Shown here in pieces: positions 26,867 to 36,711 of a DNA stretch of 64,000 bases. The translations under genes and the position numbers were made by a program. The stretch spans positions 1,612,001 through 1,676,000 of the forward strand of contig CATNEN010000033.1 in assembly GCA_950097015.1 (NCBI GenBank), read 5' to 3'. The first letter of the stretch is position 1. The number at the start of each line of letters is the position of its first letter. Below the pieces are notes generated by a model, which saw only the letters and a program-made list of their open reading frames with translations, did no database searches and was not told the origin of the DNA. This DNA comes from Macrostomum hystrix (Eukaryota > Animalia > Platyhelminthes).

Positions 26867-27020
26867 TTTACGCTCGCGCACTCTTAATGCACTTTCTCCT
26901 TCTCCCTCTATCAGTCTATCTGTTCAAATTATTAGCTAGAATTCACTTCTCTTTCCTCACCCTCGTCTCTGATTGGCTAGCTCATCGTCTCTTTTTCTTC
27001 ACCCCTCTCATACCCTCTGG
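26867..27020 (+). repeat. Dispersed repeat, copy A (homologous to the inverted copy at 44940-45087)
   Basis: Shared blocks TTTACGCTCGCGC, ACTTTCTCCT, CTCCCTCTATC, TGTTCAA and CCCTCGTCTCTGATTGGCTAGCT in the same order. Confidence 0.7.
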
Positions 27021-27419
27021 CCCATCCTTACTCGTATTGCCCTTCGGCCCCTCCTTTTGCTTAATATTTAATTCTCGGCCTAAACTGCCCTTATCGATCC
27101 TGCCGCTTTTCAATCAGTGCCGTTAAGACGGTCTCTTGCTCAATTTATTGCATGAAATCATCGTTACTAATCTCCAAATATTGATTTGCCAAAAAATACA
27201 AAAGCTATACACTTAACTCTGATTGGCTGGCTCTACCGACCACCCCAAAGTCACCCTACAGCCTAAGCTAAACCCCTCACAATTCATCCTGGAATGTAAT
27301 GCAAGTCTCTTTGTAAACCATTGGTAACATCTTTTAGTGTCGTTTTTACGAGTATTTAACAAGTGACTTTAAATGAACACCTGTTCGGCCGTGAATAGAC
27401 AATTAACAGAACTGAAAGC

Positions 27420-27990
27420 GTCCAGTTGTTGTAAATCATCATTGGTCTGACAGTCCAGTTGTTCTAAATCATCATTGGTCTCACAGTCCAGTTGTTGTAA
27501 ATCATCATTGGTCTGACAGTCCAGTTGTTATAAATCATCATTGGTCTGACAGTCCAGTTGTTATAAATCATGATTGGTCTGATAGTCCAGTTGTTGTAAA
27601 TCATCATTGGTCTCACAGTCCAGTTGTTTTAAATCATCATTGGTCTCACAGTCCAGTTGTTGTAAATCATCATTGGTCTGACAGTCCAGTTGTTGTAAAT
27701 CATCATTGGTCTCACAGTCCAGTTGTTTTAAATCATCATTGGTCTGATAGTCCAGTTGTTATAAATCATCATTGGTCTGACAGTCCAGTTGTTATAAATC
27801 ATCATTGGTCTCACAGTCCAGTTGTTTTAAATCATCATTGGTCTGACAGTCCAGTTGTTATAAATCATCATTGGTCTCACAGTCCAGTTGTTATAAATCA
27901 TCATTGGTCTCACAGTCCAGTTGTTATAAATCATCATTGGTCTCACAGTCCAGTTGTTGTAAATCATCATTGGTCTCACAGTCCAGCTTT
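27420..27990. repeat. 33-nt tandem repeat (CAGTCCAGTTGTTGTAAATCATCATTGGTCTGA), about 17 copies
   Basis: Direct periodicity. Confidence 0.95.
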
Positions 27991-29120
27991 TATATAGTTC
28001 AACAGATACAATTTGCACTAGTTTTCACAGGCAAGTCGTTATGCTTATTACACATATTTAATACAAATTTAAATGAGATGAACGGAGCGCCAAACTATTC
28101 TCATCCGAAATAACCTGCTGTACTGAGGTGCGAACTTATGTACTCTAGTGTACATTCTGAGCACACTTTAGCAAAAAATTTTCCGTAGAAGTATAATAGA
28201 TGATACAGTTAGTACCTTCTAACTGTATCTGTCTGCCATAAACCAGTTGGGAATTAAATATGCACCAAAGTTGTTAGCATTCCTCGTGATATTTTTCCGA
28301 AACCAGAAGATCGCTCTGCGTCGCTTTGTGCGTTTCGTGAACAACAGACACTTGCAACAGTCACTGTGATGTCCGTGAGTGGCAGTATTTCCTTACATCA
28401 GTTTAGAAATTACCAATGCAGATGCCCCGTAATATAAAATGGCTACAATAACTCATTATTCTAGGACGACAATGCATCGTTAAATGACGGAGAAGATCGC
28501 CAGCTACTCCCAAACCGCGAGGTATGTGGCCAGTGAGAGTGACAGATCATGATGGTTTGTGATCTCCGCATAAATTCACTCTGATATTGTGTCCCGAGTC
28601 AAAGGCCGATTGACTTTCCATGTCTGTAATTGCTAATCTGTCTTTAACTTTGAGGCATAGCACAGATCCTATTTACACAGATCCTATATTACACTGAATA
28701 CTACATGTATAACTGGATCACCAAAAGTTACTTTTTTAGTCCCAGCCATAGAGAGGCACCACTTATTTCACTTATTTCCACTTAAATAAAGCTTTGCAGC
28801 CTGTGCAACTGCTATTTGTCTATGTGTGAAAGTACGAACTTCTGAGCTTCTTGTGATGCTGGTGCTTGTCTATGGCTGGGATAAAAAAAGATAAATCCAT
28901 AATTAATTGACGCTCAGCCTAAATGATCGCTTCAAACTGTCTATGGGTAAGAATTGAAAAGCATTCAATGCCAGTACGACATCATTCTGTCACCCTCGCT
29001 TTCAGAGCCAAGAAGAGGCAGTTGCCGAATCGGCTGAACTGGGAACCCTCAGTAAGATTGCCGGAATTGCTGTTGTTCTTCTGCTGGTCTCATTTGCGTT
29101 CGTTGTGGAGCTAAGAGCTT

Positions 29121-29268
29121 CACAGTGCTCATGGGAAGTCAAAATGACACAAAAAATTGCCCAAGAAAATGATTTTGTAAACCATATACCAGAGCACCTC
29201 GTATACCCAGAACAGGTTTTTTTTTAATCGTAAGTGCTTGTCCTAGCGTACAACAGACTTTTTATTTT
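29121..29268 (+). repeat. Left terminal inverted repeat (CACAGTGCTCATGGGAAGTCAAAATGACAC...)
   Basis: Reverse complement of 33124-33271, differing only around the T/A run; weaker similarity continues about 40 nt inward. Confidence 0.95.
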
Positions 29269-29420
29269 GTTCGGCCAAAACAGGCTCTTAATTGCGACGT
29301 TGCTATGGGAAAAAACTTATTAAAATTGAATTAGTAAAAGCTTATGCATAGTAGTCTGTTTTAACAGCGTATTTTTTCAGAAAAAAATTGTCACTTATAA
29401 CCTTAAAACATAAATGTGAG

Positions 29421-31418
29421 CTACACATGAAAGCCATTGTAAGCAACAACAGCTCGGAGCAGTTCGTTTGGGAAAGTGCTGTGCTGCATGGGCACAGCAT
29501 ATCGCTGCCATGTTAGAGCGAAATCCCGGTGCAAGCTCTCGAAGGCTTGCTCGCTAAACGTGCCTAGTGGTCTCCCAGTGACGGCGCAGAATGTTCCCAC
29601 GTGGTGCAACAGCACATGCACTTTTGGGGAAATTGGCAAACCGAGCAGCTCGTATGTGGCCTTGAACTGCGCGATTCGGTCCTGGAAATCCGCGTGCAGT
29701 TCGGAGCCAAAGCAGCTGCTGACTACTGCATCAAAGCTCACCAGACAGGAGCCGTAGTGCTTCAGTTGCCGCGGCAGGCAACTCTGAAGCTCGGCAGATC
29801 GTCGAAGCAGAGTGCGACACGCGTTTCCCTCCATGCTGCCGCCGCGGTATCCTACACGCACAATGCTACGATCATGCGCCCACTGATAAGCGCAGTTGTC
29901 ACCCCACGCCGTGTTCAAAGCATCGAAAATGCGATTTGTGATGCCAAGCATCAGGTGCAGCTCTGGTGGAGGCAGAATGAAGAGAATTTCTGCGTCATCA
30001 TCTGCCTGAAGCAGAGGAGCCTCGACGCAGTTGAAGAAATCCTTTGCAGTGTTTCGCACCTTGCCACTGCTGGCGAAATCCAGCGCCAGCTGCCGAATTC
30101 TGCCGATTGTCCGCACTGGACCGCAAGTGTCTAGCGGAACTGGAGTCTCGCAGTAGCAGCATGAATGCCTGGACGCATGCGATTGCAGTCCACAGATGAG
30201 ATTGGCAACTTTCATATCGGCGGCTACTGCATTCACTGTGATGCCTCCAAGGCTCAAGAGCTGGAAGAGTGCCTTTATATTGTCGTAAGACTCGGCCATG
30301 TCGGGCACAGCAGCAAGCAGCAGCAGCTTCTTGACTCCAGAATCGGCAAAAAATTTGTGCTTGGTCGACTGATTTGGTTCGCTCTCACTTCGAGGTAGTA
30401 AGCTGACACAGATCTTGAAGAACTCGCCACCTCCGTCAAGTCCAAGCTTCACATCGATATTGTCGTGACCTCTTTCAAAAGCAACCTTTTCGATTAAGCC
30501 TTGAACATCATTGCAAACGACAGCAATTTTTGAACCTTCGCTATCCACTTTCAGCAGACTGTGCACAAAAAAATCTTCCAGATGCCGACTTCTTACTGCG
30601 AGACTCGCTCCCAAGTTCGATTGTACAGCCTTTACTGTGCCGGCTCCCATCCGCAAGATGCTAGCCGCTCGTAGAGTTTGCCTGTTGCTCAGATTGAGTG
30701 CGACTTTCAGTTGAAGCATCGTGGCTGTGGTCGCTTGAGCCAATTGTCCTGAGCTGCTGGCTGCTTCCACACAGTGACCCACAGTGACAGCCAGAGGCCT
30801 GCCTCCATGTGGTCTTTTCAAAGTCACTGTGCTAGATCCGGCTGCTTGCAGCTTGGCAGCGATTGCGGTGCTGGCCACTTGCTCTGTCGTTCCAGGGCTC
30901 AGCTGGGTGCTCAAGTTAATCAGCCGCGTCGCCTTGTTGCAGCGATGAGTCTTTCCTTTACCAATGGGCGAGTGGCAGCCAGAACACAGCCGTTCAGGAG
31001 TCTGAGGTGCATCGCCGCAAGATGATGGTCGGCCCCTCGTACAGTTTGGCGAACTAGTTGCATAGATACTGCATGGATCTGAGTTTTTGTGCAGGTTGCT
31101 GCGAGCAATCCTGCAGATCTCACATGGGCAGTCGGGCTGTGATCTTCTGCTGACTGGGATGCTGCTCAAGTCTTTAAGCATTTGCTCGTAGAGAAGTCTT
31201 GGCGGCAAAGGACGAGGCGATGGGCCAGCTAGCGAAGACACGATTCGGCGACAGCCCTCACACACTCCAGCAGGAAGAAAATGCTGCACAGATGAGAAGT
31301 TTGGCAGGATGTAGTGCTCAATCGCTGCTGCATCGTTTACACAGCGCTCAGCCTTGCGTAGGCAAAGCAGGCACACACTACGAAGGCACTCATCGTGGCT
31401 CTTTGGGCTGTTGGGCAT
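29421..31418 (-). CDS. DDE transposase, 665 aa from MPNSPK (open frame extends to 31469), RAG1/Transib/Chapaev-like
   Basis: Candidate triad KLGLDGGG (D at 30437), AADMKV (D at 30218) and SEQAFESLH (E at 29540). Zinc ligands CCYC and HVLLHH (H-x4-H), LHLMLG motif, and N-terminal H..CLR..C..C...P..C..C and C.C..C...RGRP motifs. Confidence 0.88.
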   Translation of the reverse strand: MPNSPKSHDECLRSVCLLCLRKAERCVNDAAAIEHYILPNFSSVQHFLPAGVCEGCRRIVSSLAGPSPRPLPPRLLYEQMLKDLSSIPVSRRSQPDCPCEICRIARSNLHKNSDPCSIYATSSPNCTRGRPSSCGDAPQTPERLCSGCHSPIGKGKTHRCNKATRLINLSTQLSPGTTEQVASTAIAAKLQAAGSSTVTLKRPHGGRPLAVTVGHCVEAASSSGQLAQATTATMLQLKVALNLSNRQTLRAASILRMGAGTVKAVQSNLGASLAVRSRHLEDFFVHSLLKVDSEGSKIAVVCNDVQGLIEKVAFERGHDNIDVKLGLDGGGEFFKICVSLLPRSESEPNQSTKHKFFADSGVKKLLLLAAVPDMAESYDNIKALFQLLSLGGITVNAVAADMKVANLICGLQSHASRHSCCYCETPVPLDTCGPVRTIGRIRQLALDFASSGKVRNTAKDFFNCVEAPLLQADDDAEILFILPPPELHLMLGITNRIFDALNTAWGDNCAYQWAHDRSIVRVGYRGGSMEGNACRTLLRRSAELQSCLPRQLKHYGSCLVSFDAVVSSCFGSELHADFQDRIAQFKATYELLGLPISPKVHVLLHHVGTFCAVTGRPLGTFSEQAFESLHRDFALTWQRYAVPMQHSTFPNELLRAVVAYNGFHV

Positions 31419-31682
31419 TTTTCTGAATTCGAATAGAACGTTTGAGCTATGCATAGATGCAAGGAACAATTTATGTCACAGGACAGACAATATCAGACTT
31501 TATTTTCAAGTGAGGTGACTAGCCGCATATGTACAGTGCTTTCTACAACTTGTACACTGCCATATCACATCTGTGATGCATCACACAAAAGTCATGATAC
31601 AATCTCAGCAGTCAATATTTATTGTACTTTTTCCTGCCGTCCCTAATCAAAACTAAATACTCTGTGCATTGCAGGATCAGCA

Positions 31683-33050
31683 TCTTCTAATATACTAAAA
31701 ATGAAAATCTTGTTTGTATGTTTGCAATCGACTAGCTCCCGAACGGCTCAACCGATTTTCGCAATTCCTTCGCCAAAAGATCACAAATGGGCCGGAATCG
31801 GTACACGTATTTTTATTAAGCTTAATTTCATTGCCAAGGGGATTAAATATTCGAAAAACTGTTTTAAATAGGCTTTTCTAATGCATTCTTGTTTTCAGCT
31901 TGTGCACAGTGAGGCTCCAGTGCCAAATTTAATGATTGCATCAGAGCCAGTTTTGATAACGCACGCGCGTACTGATAAGAACTCACAGGGAGGCTACCCA
32001 GAGGGTAGCGAAGGCAGCTAGTCTAATATACTAAAAATGAAAATCTTGTTTGTATGTTTGTATGTTTGTATGTTTGCAATCGACTAGCTCCCGAACGGCT
32101 CAACCGATTTTCAAAATTCTTTCACTAAAAGATCGCAATTGGGCCGGAATCGGTACACGTATTTTTATTAAGCTTAATTCCATTGCCAAGGGGATTAAAT
32201 ATTCGAAAAACTGTTTTAAATAGGCTTTTCTAATGCATTCTTGTTTTCAGCTTGTGCACAGTGAGGCTCCAGTGCCAACTTTAATGATTGCATCAGAGCC
32301 AGTTTTGATAACGAACTGATAAGAACTCCAGTGAGGCTACCCAGAGGGTAGCGAAGGCAGCTAGTCTAATATACTAAAAATGAAAATCTTGTATGTTTGT
32401 ATGTTTGTATGTATGTTTGCAATCGACTAGCTCCCGAACGGCTCAACCGATTTTCGCAATTCCTTCGCCAAAAGATCACAAATGGGCCCGAATCGGTACA
32501 CGTATTTTTATTAAGCTTAATTCCATTGCCAAGGGGATTAAATATTCGAAAAACAGTTTTAAATAGGCTTTTCTAATGCATTCTTGTTTTCAGCTTGTGC
32601 GCAGTGAGGCTCCAGTGCCAATTTTAATGATTGCATCGGAGCCAATTTTGATAACGCACTGATAAGAACTCCAGTGAGGCTACCCAGAGGGTAGCGAAGG
32701 CAGCTAGTCTAATATACTAAAAATGAAAATCTTGTTTGTATGTTTGTATGTTTGTATGTTTGCAATCGACTAGCTCCCGAACGGCTCAACCGATTTTCAA
32801 AATTCTTTCACTAAAAGATCGCAATTGGGCCGGAATCGGTACACGTATTTTTATTAAGCTTAATTCCATTGCCAAGGGGATTAAATATTCGAAAAACTGT
32901 TTTAAATAGGCTTTTCTAATGCATTCTTGTTTTCAGCTTGTGCACAGTGAGGCTCCAGTGCCAACTTTAATGATTGCATCAGAGCCAGTTTTGATAACGA
33001 ACTGATAAGAACTCCAGTGAGGCTACCCAGAGGGTAGCGAAGGCAGCTAG
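31683..33050 (+). mobile_element. Head-to-tail tetramer of a non-autonomous Helitron of about 340 nt (units about 31686-32021, 32022-32364, 32365-32707, 32708-33050)
   Basis: Each unit starts TC(TAATATACT) and ends GCAGCTAG, with a GCTACC-CAGAG-GGTAGC hairpin just before the CTAG. Internal GTTT/GTAT microsatellite and GGCTCAACCGATTTT block. The array sits between A and T. Confidence 0.85.
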
Positions 33051-33123
33051 TAAAATACTAAAAAGATGGGAATGCTTCATTTTTCGTTGCAACTTCACAA
33101 TAAAGGACCTGTTTAAGCTGAAT

Positions 33124-33271
33124 AAAATAAAAAGTCTGTTGTACGCTAGGACAAGCACTTACGATTTAAAAAAAACCTGTTCTGGGTATACGAGGTGCTC
33201 TGGTATATGGTTTACAAAATCATTTTCTTGGGCAATTTTTTGTGTCATTTTGACTTCCCATGAGCACTGTG
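33124..33271 (-). repeat. Right terminal inverted repeat (...GACTTCCCATGAGCACTGTG)
   Basis: Reverse complement of 29121-29268. Confidence 0.95.
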
Positions 33272-34852
33272 CACACGGCATAGACAGGTCTGGGACTTGT
33301 GCCTAGCATCCAGATGCATCCTTGTTTCGTTGTCCCTGGTGGCCACTGTGGCGCTAGAGCTGCTCACGCTGAGACCCAGAGAAGTGCCACTGGCCAGGAT
33401 AGGCAATGTCATGATTCGGCAGTTTCAGTCCTGCATCGATGCCCCACATCAGCTTTGCAGCAAACTATCAGGCCTGTTTGTCCTCACACTGGTGATCTTC
33501 GGCATTCCAAGCTGCCTGTCGATGGTGACGGAGATCGCCTGCGAGATAATTGAACGCAAGGAGAAGTCCGAGTGGGAGACTCACTCTACAGTAATGATCA
33601 TTTGGCGAGCCCTAACTTTCTGTCTTATAATTCTACAGATTCGATTGGGCTTCAAGTACAGAAACAAGTCGATTCAGCTGAGGCTTAGTCTTGCGTGGAT
33701 CATGCTCTCAGTCATCATGGCAGTCAATATCGCAATCTGGTTTTCAACAGTCGGTCTGGAAGTCCAGGGCCTCAACGGGCAGAGAAAGTGATTCCGAAAG
33801 GCTCCTACTGCGAGAAGAATTCGATCGGCTACTTCAACGATTTGCTGTACCCATTTCAAATTGAGTTCTGCGTCATGACGTCCCTCCTGGCTTACACGCT
33901 GATGCATAACATGGGTCGGTTGGGAGAGTCTTTACAGAGCTCGGACACCAGCAGCGGTGGCAACGATGCTGTTGGAGCGAGAGGCAACGCTTTCGTGGAA
34001 CTTTCAGCAATGAGGAACTACGCGTTCTGGTCACTTGCCTCTCTGCTGTTTTTTATTGGCACCCTGGCCGGTGCCACCTTTATCCACTTCGATGACCCGA
34101 ACGACGTCCATCGCGGCCTGGCGTTTGACTGCGCGCTGCTCATTCAGCATGCGTGCGGCATTCTGTGCATCAGTCTTCTAATCTGCTACGCCAGAGTGGA
34201 CAGAGAGAGACGCACAGGTGCGGGTCACTTTGCGGACCGGCTGCTCCTGTGGGTGGGCGCGGCTGCCATTGTGTTGAATTGCTTGTACAGAATCTGGGAA
34301 TACTTCATCATCGCCACGCAGGAGCTGCAGGATATCTCGAATGCGATAGGAATGAATTCCACTGCCCACCCTACACCTAAGTTGGAGCTGTCCCAAGTGA
34401 AGCGAGCTAGGGAGCTAATTCAGGTGATCAGTCGGTTTCTAAACATCTTTCAGTGCATGAGTCAAGTCGCTCTGCTGGAATGGGCTCTGGTCAGCAGGTT
34501 CTCCAACACCAACAGGCTGTTTCAGTGTCAGATCGGAAATGCGCAGTCTGGAAGCTCAGACCAGCCACAGGTGAACGAGAATCCTGACGACAAGCTTTCT
34601 GACAAGATTCGCGTGATGCTTAATCTTCTGCTCACAATCAACGGATCCGAGTGGCTTCTCAGCGCCGTGTGCTTCAACTACTTCTTTACTGGTGATCAGA
34701 AGGACGCCCTCTCTTTGCTTCTGCTGCCGCTGCATGTGTTTTTCAGGTTCCACTCGGCAGTGTGCTGTCACGACTTCAAGAAGCACATGAGGATGGAGAC
34801 AGTCCAGGCTGATGACAACACCGGCTCCGTGCAAGCAGAGTTCGCCAATTCG

Positions 34853-35595
34853 AGTTTGACACATCAAGTTTGACACATCAAGTTTGACACATCAAGTTTG
34901 ACACATCAAGTTTGACCCATCAAATTTGACACATCAAGTTTGACACATCAAGTTTGACCCATCAAGTTTAGCACATCAAGTTTAACGCATCAAGTTTAAC
35001 ACATCAAGTTTAACACATCAAGTTTAACACATTAAGTTTAACACATCAAGTTTAACACATCAAGTTTAACACATCAAGTTTAACACATCAAGTTTGACAC
35101 ATCAATTTTAACGCATCAAGTTTAACGCATCAAGTTTAACACATAAAGTTTAACACATCAAGTTTAACACATCAAGTTTAACACATTAAGTTTAACACAT
35201 CAAGTTTAACACATCAAGTTTAACACATCAAGTTTAACGCATCAAGTTTAACACATCAAGTTTAACACATCAAGTTTAACACATCAAGTTTAACGCATCA
35301 AGTTTAACACATAAAGTTTAACACATCAAGTTTAACACATCAAGTTTAACACATCAATTTTAACGCATCAAGTTTAACACATCAAGTTTAACACATCAAG
35401 TTTAACACATCAAGTTTAACACATTAAGTTTAACACATTAAGTTTAACACATCAAGTTTAACACATCAAGTTTAACACATCAATTTTAACGCATCAAGTT
35501 TAACACATCAAGTTTAACACATCAAGTTTAACACATCAAGTTTAACACATCAAGTTTAACGCATCAAGTTTAACACATCAAGTTTAACGCATCAA
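34853..35595. repeat. 14-nt tandem repeat (CAAGTTTAACACAT), about 53 copies, starting inside the last codons of otopetrin gene 1
   Basis: Direct periodicity; the stop TGA at 34871-34873 lies inside the array. Confidence 0.95.
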
Positions 35596-36409
35596 TGAAA
35601 AATGAAAGTTTCATGGAAGGATAGAGAATGAATTTCAAACTTGCTTTTTAGACGCAACTGGGAAGTCGATCTTTGAATCCCTTACCGAATTGGAAAGTCT
35701 CAGCCTGGCTCTTAATTACTCAATGAGACAGGAATCACAGAATTGCCTGAAATTATCTGATTATAGACTCCCACAGAATAGTTGTTTATCCAGCCGAGAG
35801 TCAAAACTGCGCTCTCACAGGATTACATTTTATCACAATTTTTTACAAACCATCTTGTGTCACTAGCCCGGTAACCTATCTGTAAGCCTTAAAATGGTAT
35901 CTGCGGGGTCTAGTTGAGTAACATTACCTGTCACTGCATTGTGTACAGCATCAACCTATGTATGTATGCTGTCACAAGGCTACAAGTATACAGACTAAAT
36001 AACATTCTCTTATAAGCACTGTACGTAGTACCTTATTCGTTTGTCATAAGCTTGAATCCGAACGTTGTCTGCTCCTTCAAATAAAATTACAGACAGTTTT
36101 TAAGAAATCTTCGAATACGATAAATACATTGCATGACGAAAACTCCTATTTAAACCTTGTCTATAGCGTTGACTTTTAATTAAAAAACGGTTTTTAAGAA
36201 TGCAATTTTTTGGCATGCAAGAAGCAAGAAAAAAGTTGCAACATTTTCTATAAATGGTTAATACGAGTATTTTCCGGCATTTTAGCAAAAAATTGTTTCT
36301 TTCAAGTGGCGGCTGATGGTTTATATTGCTTTGTCATCAGATTTTCATTATGAATAAATCATTAAAATAAATTATAATCGTACGTTCAGGCTTGGTTTGA
36401 TGGCCATGT

Positions 36410-36711
36410 CTACGAGCCCTTTGCAGTGACAAATGCCAGGTGTGGATCTCGCTATCGCCTCAGATCTAGTGAAATATGTGACTCCTGAGCACACACTCAC
36501 ACAGGCGTGTACATCTGCCCTGAATTTGTCATCATCAGGCAGTGTACACTTTCACTGTGCCTTGAAGATTGGCCCTCAAATTGCACGACAAGCCCCCCAG
36601 GCCTTCTCTCTGCGGCTGCGCACCTGATGAATGTGCCTGGCCTCGCCGCGGAATCGAACTCAGTGGCAATGGTGCGAGAGCCAAATCAAAAAAACCGTTG
36701 CGTCACTCACC
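36410..36711 (-). mobile_element. Probable tRNA-derived SINE, copy 1
   Basis: B-box GTTCGATTC (complement 36651-36659). Colinear similarity to 37607-37895 (GTGAGTGAC, CTCTCGCACCA, GAGGCCA, GCCGCAGAGAGAAG, TGCAATTT, CTTCAAG, AGTGTACACTGC). The left boundary is approximate. Confidence 0.65.

Larger units (their letters stand above)
29121..33271 (-). mobile_element. DNA transposon of the Transib/Chapaev/RAG1-related DDE group, with 148-bp TIRs starting CACAGTG
   Basis: Near-perfect inverted repeats at 29121-29268 and 33124-33271 enclose an intact transposase ORF; no target-site duplication is visible. Confidence 0.92.
28369..34873 (+). pseudogene. Otopetrin-family proton channel gene 1, disrupted; join(28369..28374,28465..28521,29006..29120,[transposon],33272..34873) with a frameshift near 33778
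   Basis: The left part TLSKIAGIAVVLLLVSFAFVVELRA aligns with paralog TVWKIIGFAILLFIVSMAFVVELIA, and the right part resumes just after the TIR. Otopetrin motifs LYPFQIEF and PLHVFFRFHSAVC are present. The two small upstream phase-0 exons are inferred from splice signals only. Confidence 0.8.

Noticed and set aside
29121-29160. Full canonical RSS (heptamer + 12/23 spacer + nonamer)
   Set aside because: The heptamer is exact, but the best nonamer-like word (ACAAAAAAT) is 21 nt away and both ends are symmetric, so there is no 12/23 asymmetry.
29476-31646. Plus-strand ORFs overlapping the transposase, and antisense ORFs over GTF3C3, OGDH, LRR1, RhoGAP, otopetrin and PTP exons
   Set aside because: Antisense or off-frame shadows of GC-rich coding sequence, with no recognisable motifs.
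29269-33123. RAG2-like partner gene inside the RSS-ended transposon
   Set aside because: Only about 150 nt separate the transposase stop from the left TIR, and the upstream space is mostly Helitron array; no kelch/PHD-like ORF is visible. This is a single-gene element, not a ProtoRAG.
36640-36711. Functional tRNA gene
   Set aside because: A B box is present but no convincing cloverleaf, and it continues into a body shared with a second diverged copy; better explained as a SINE head.
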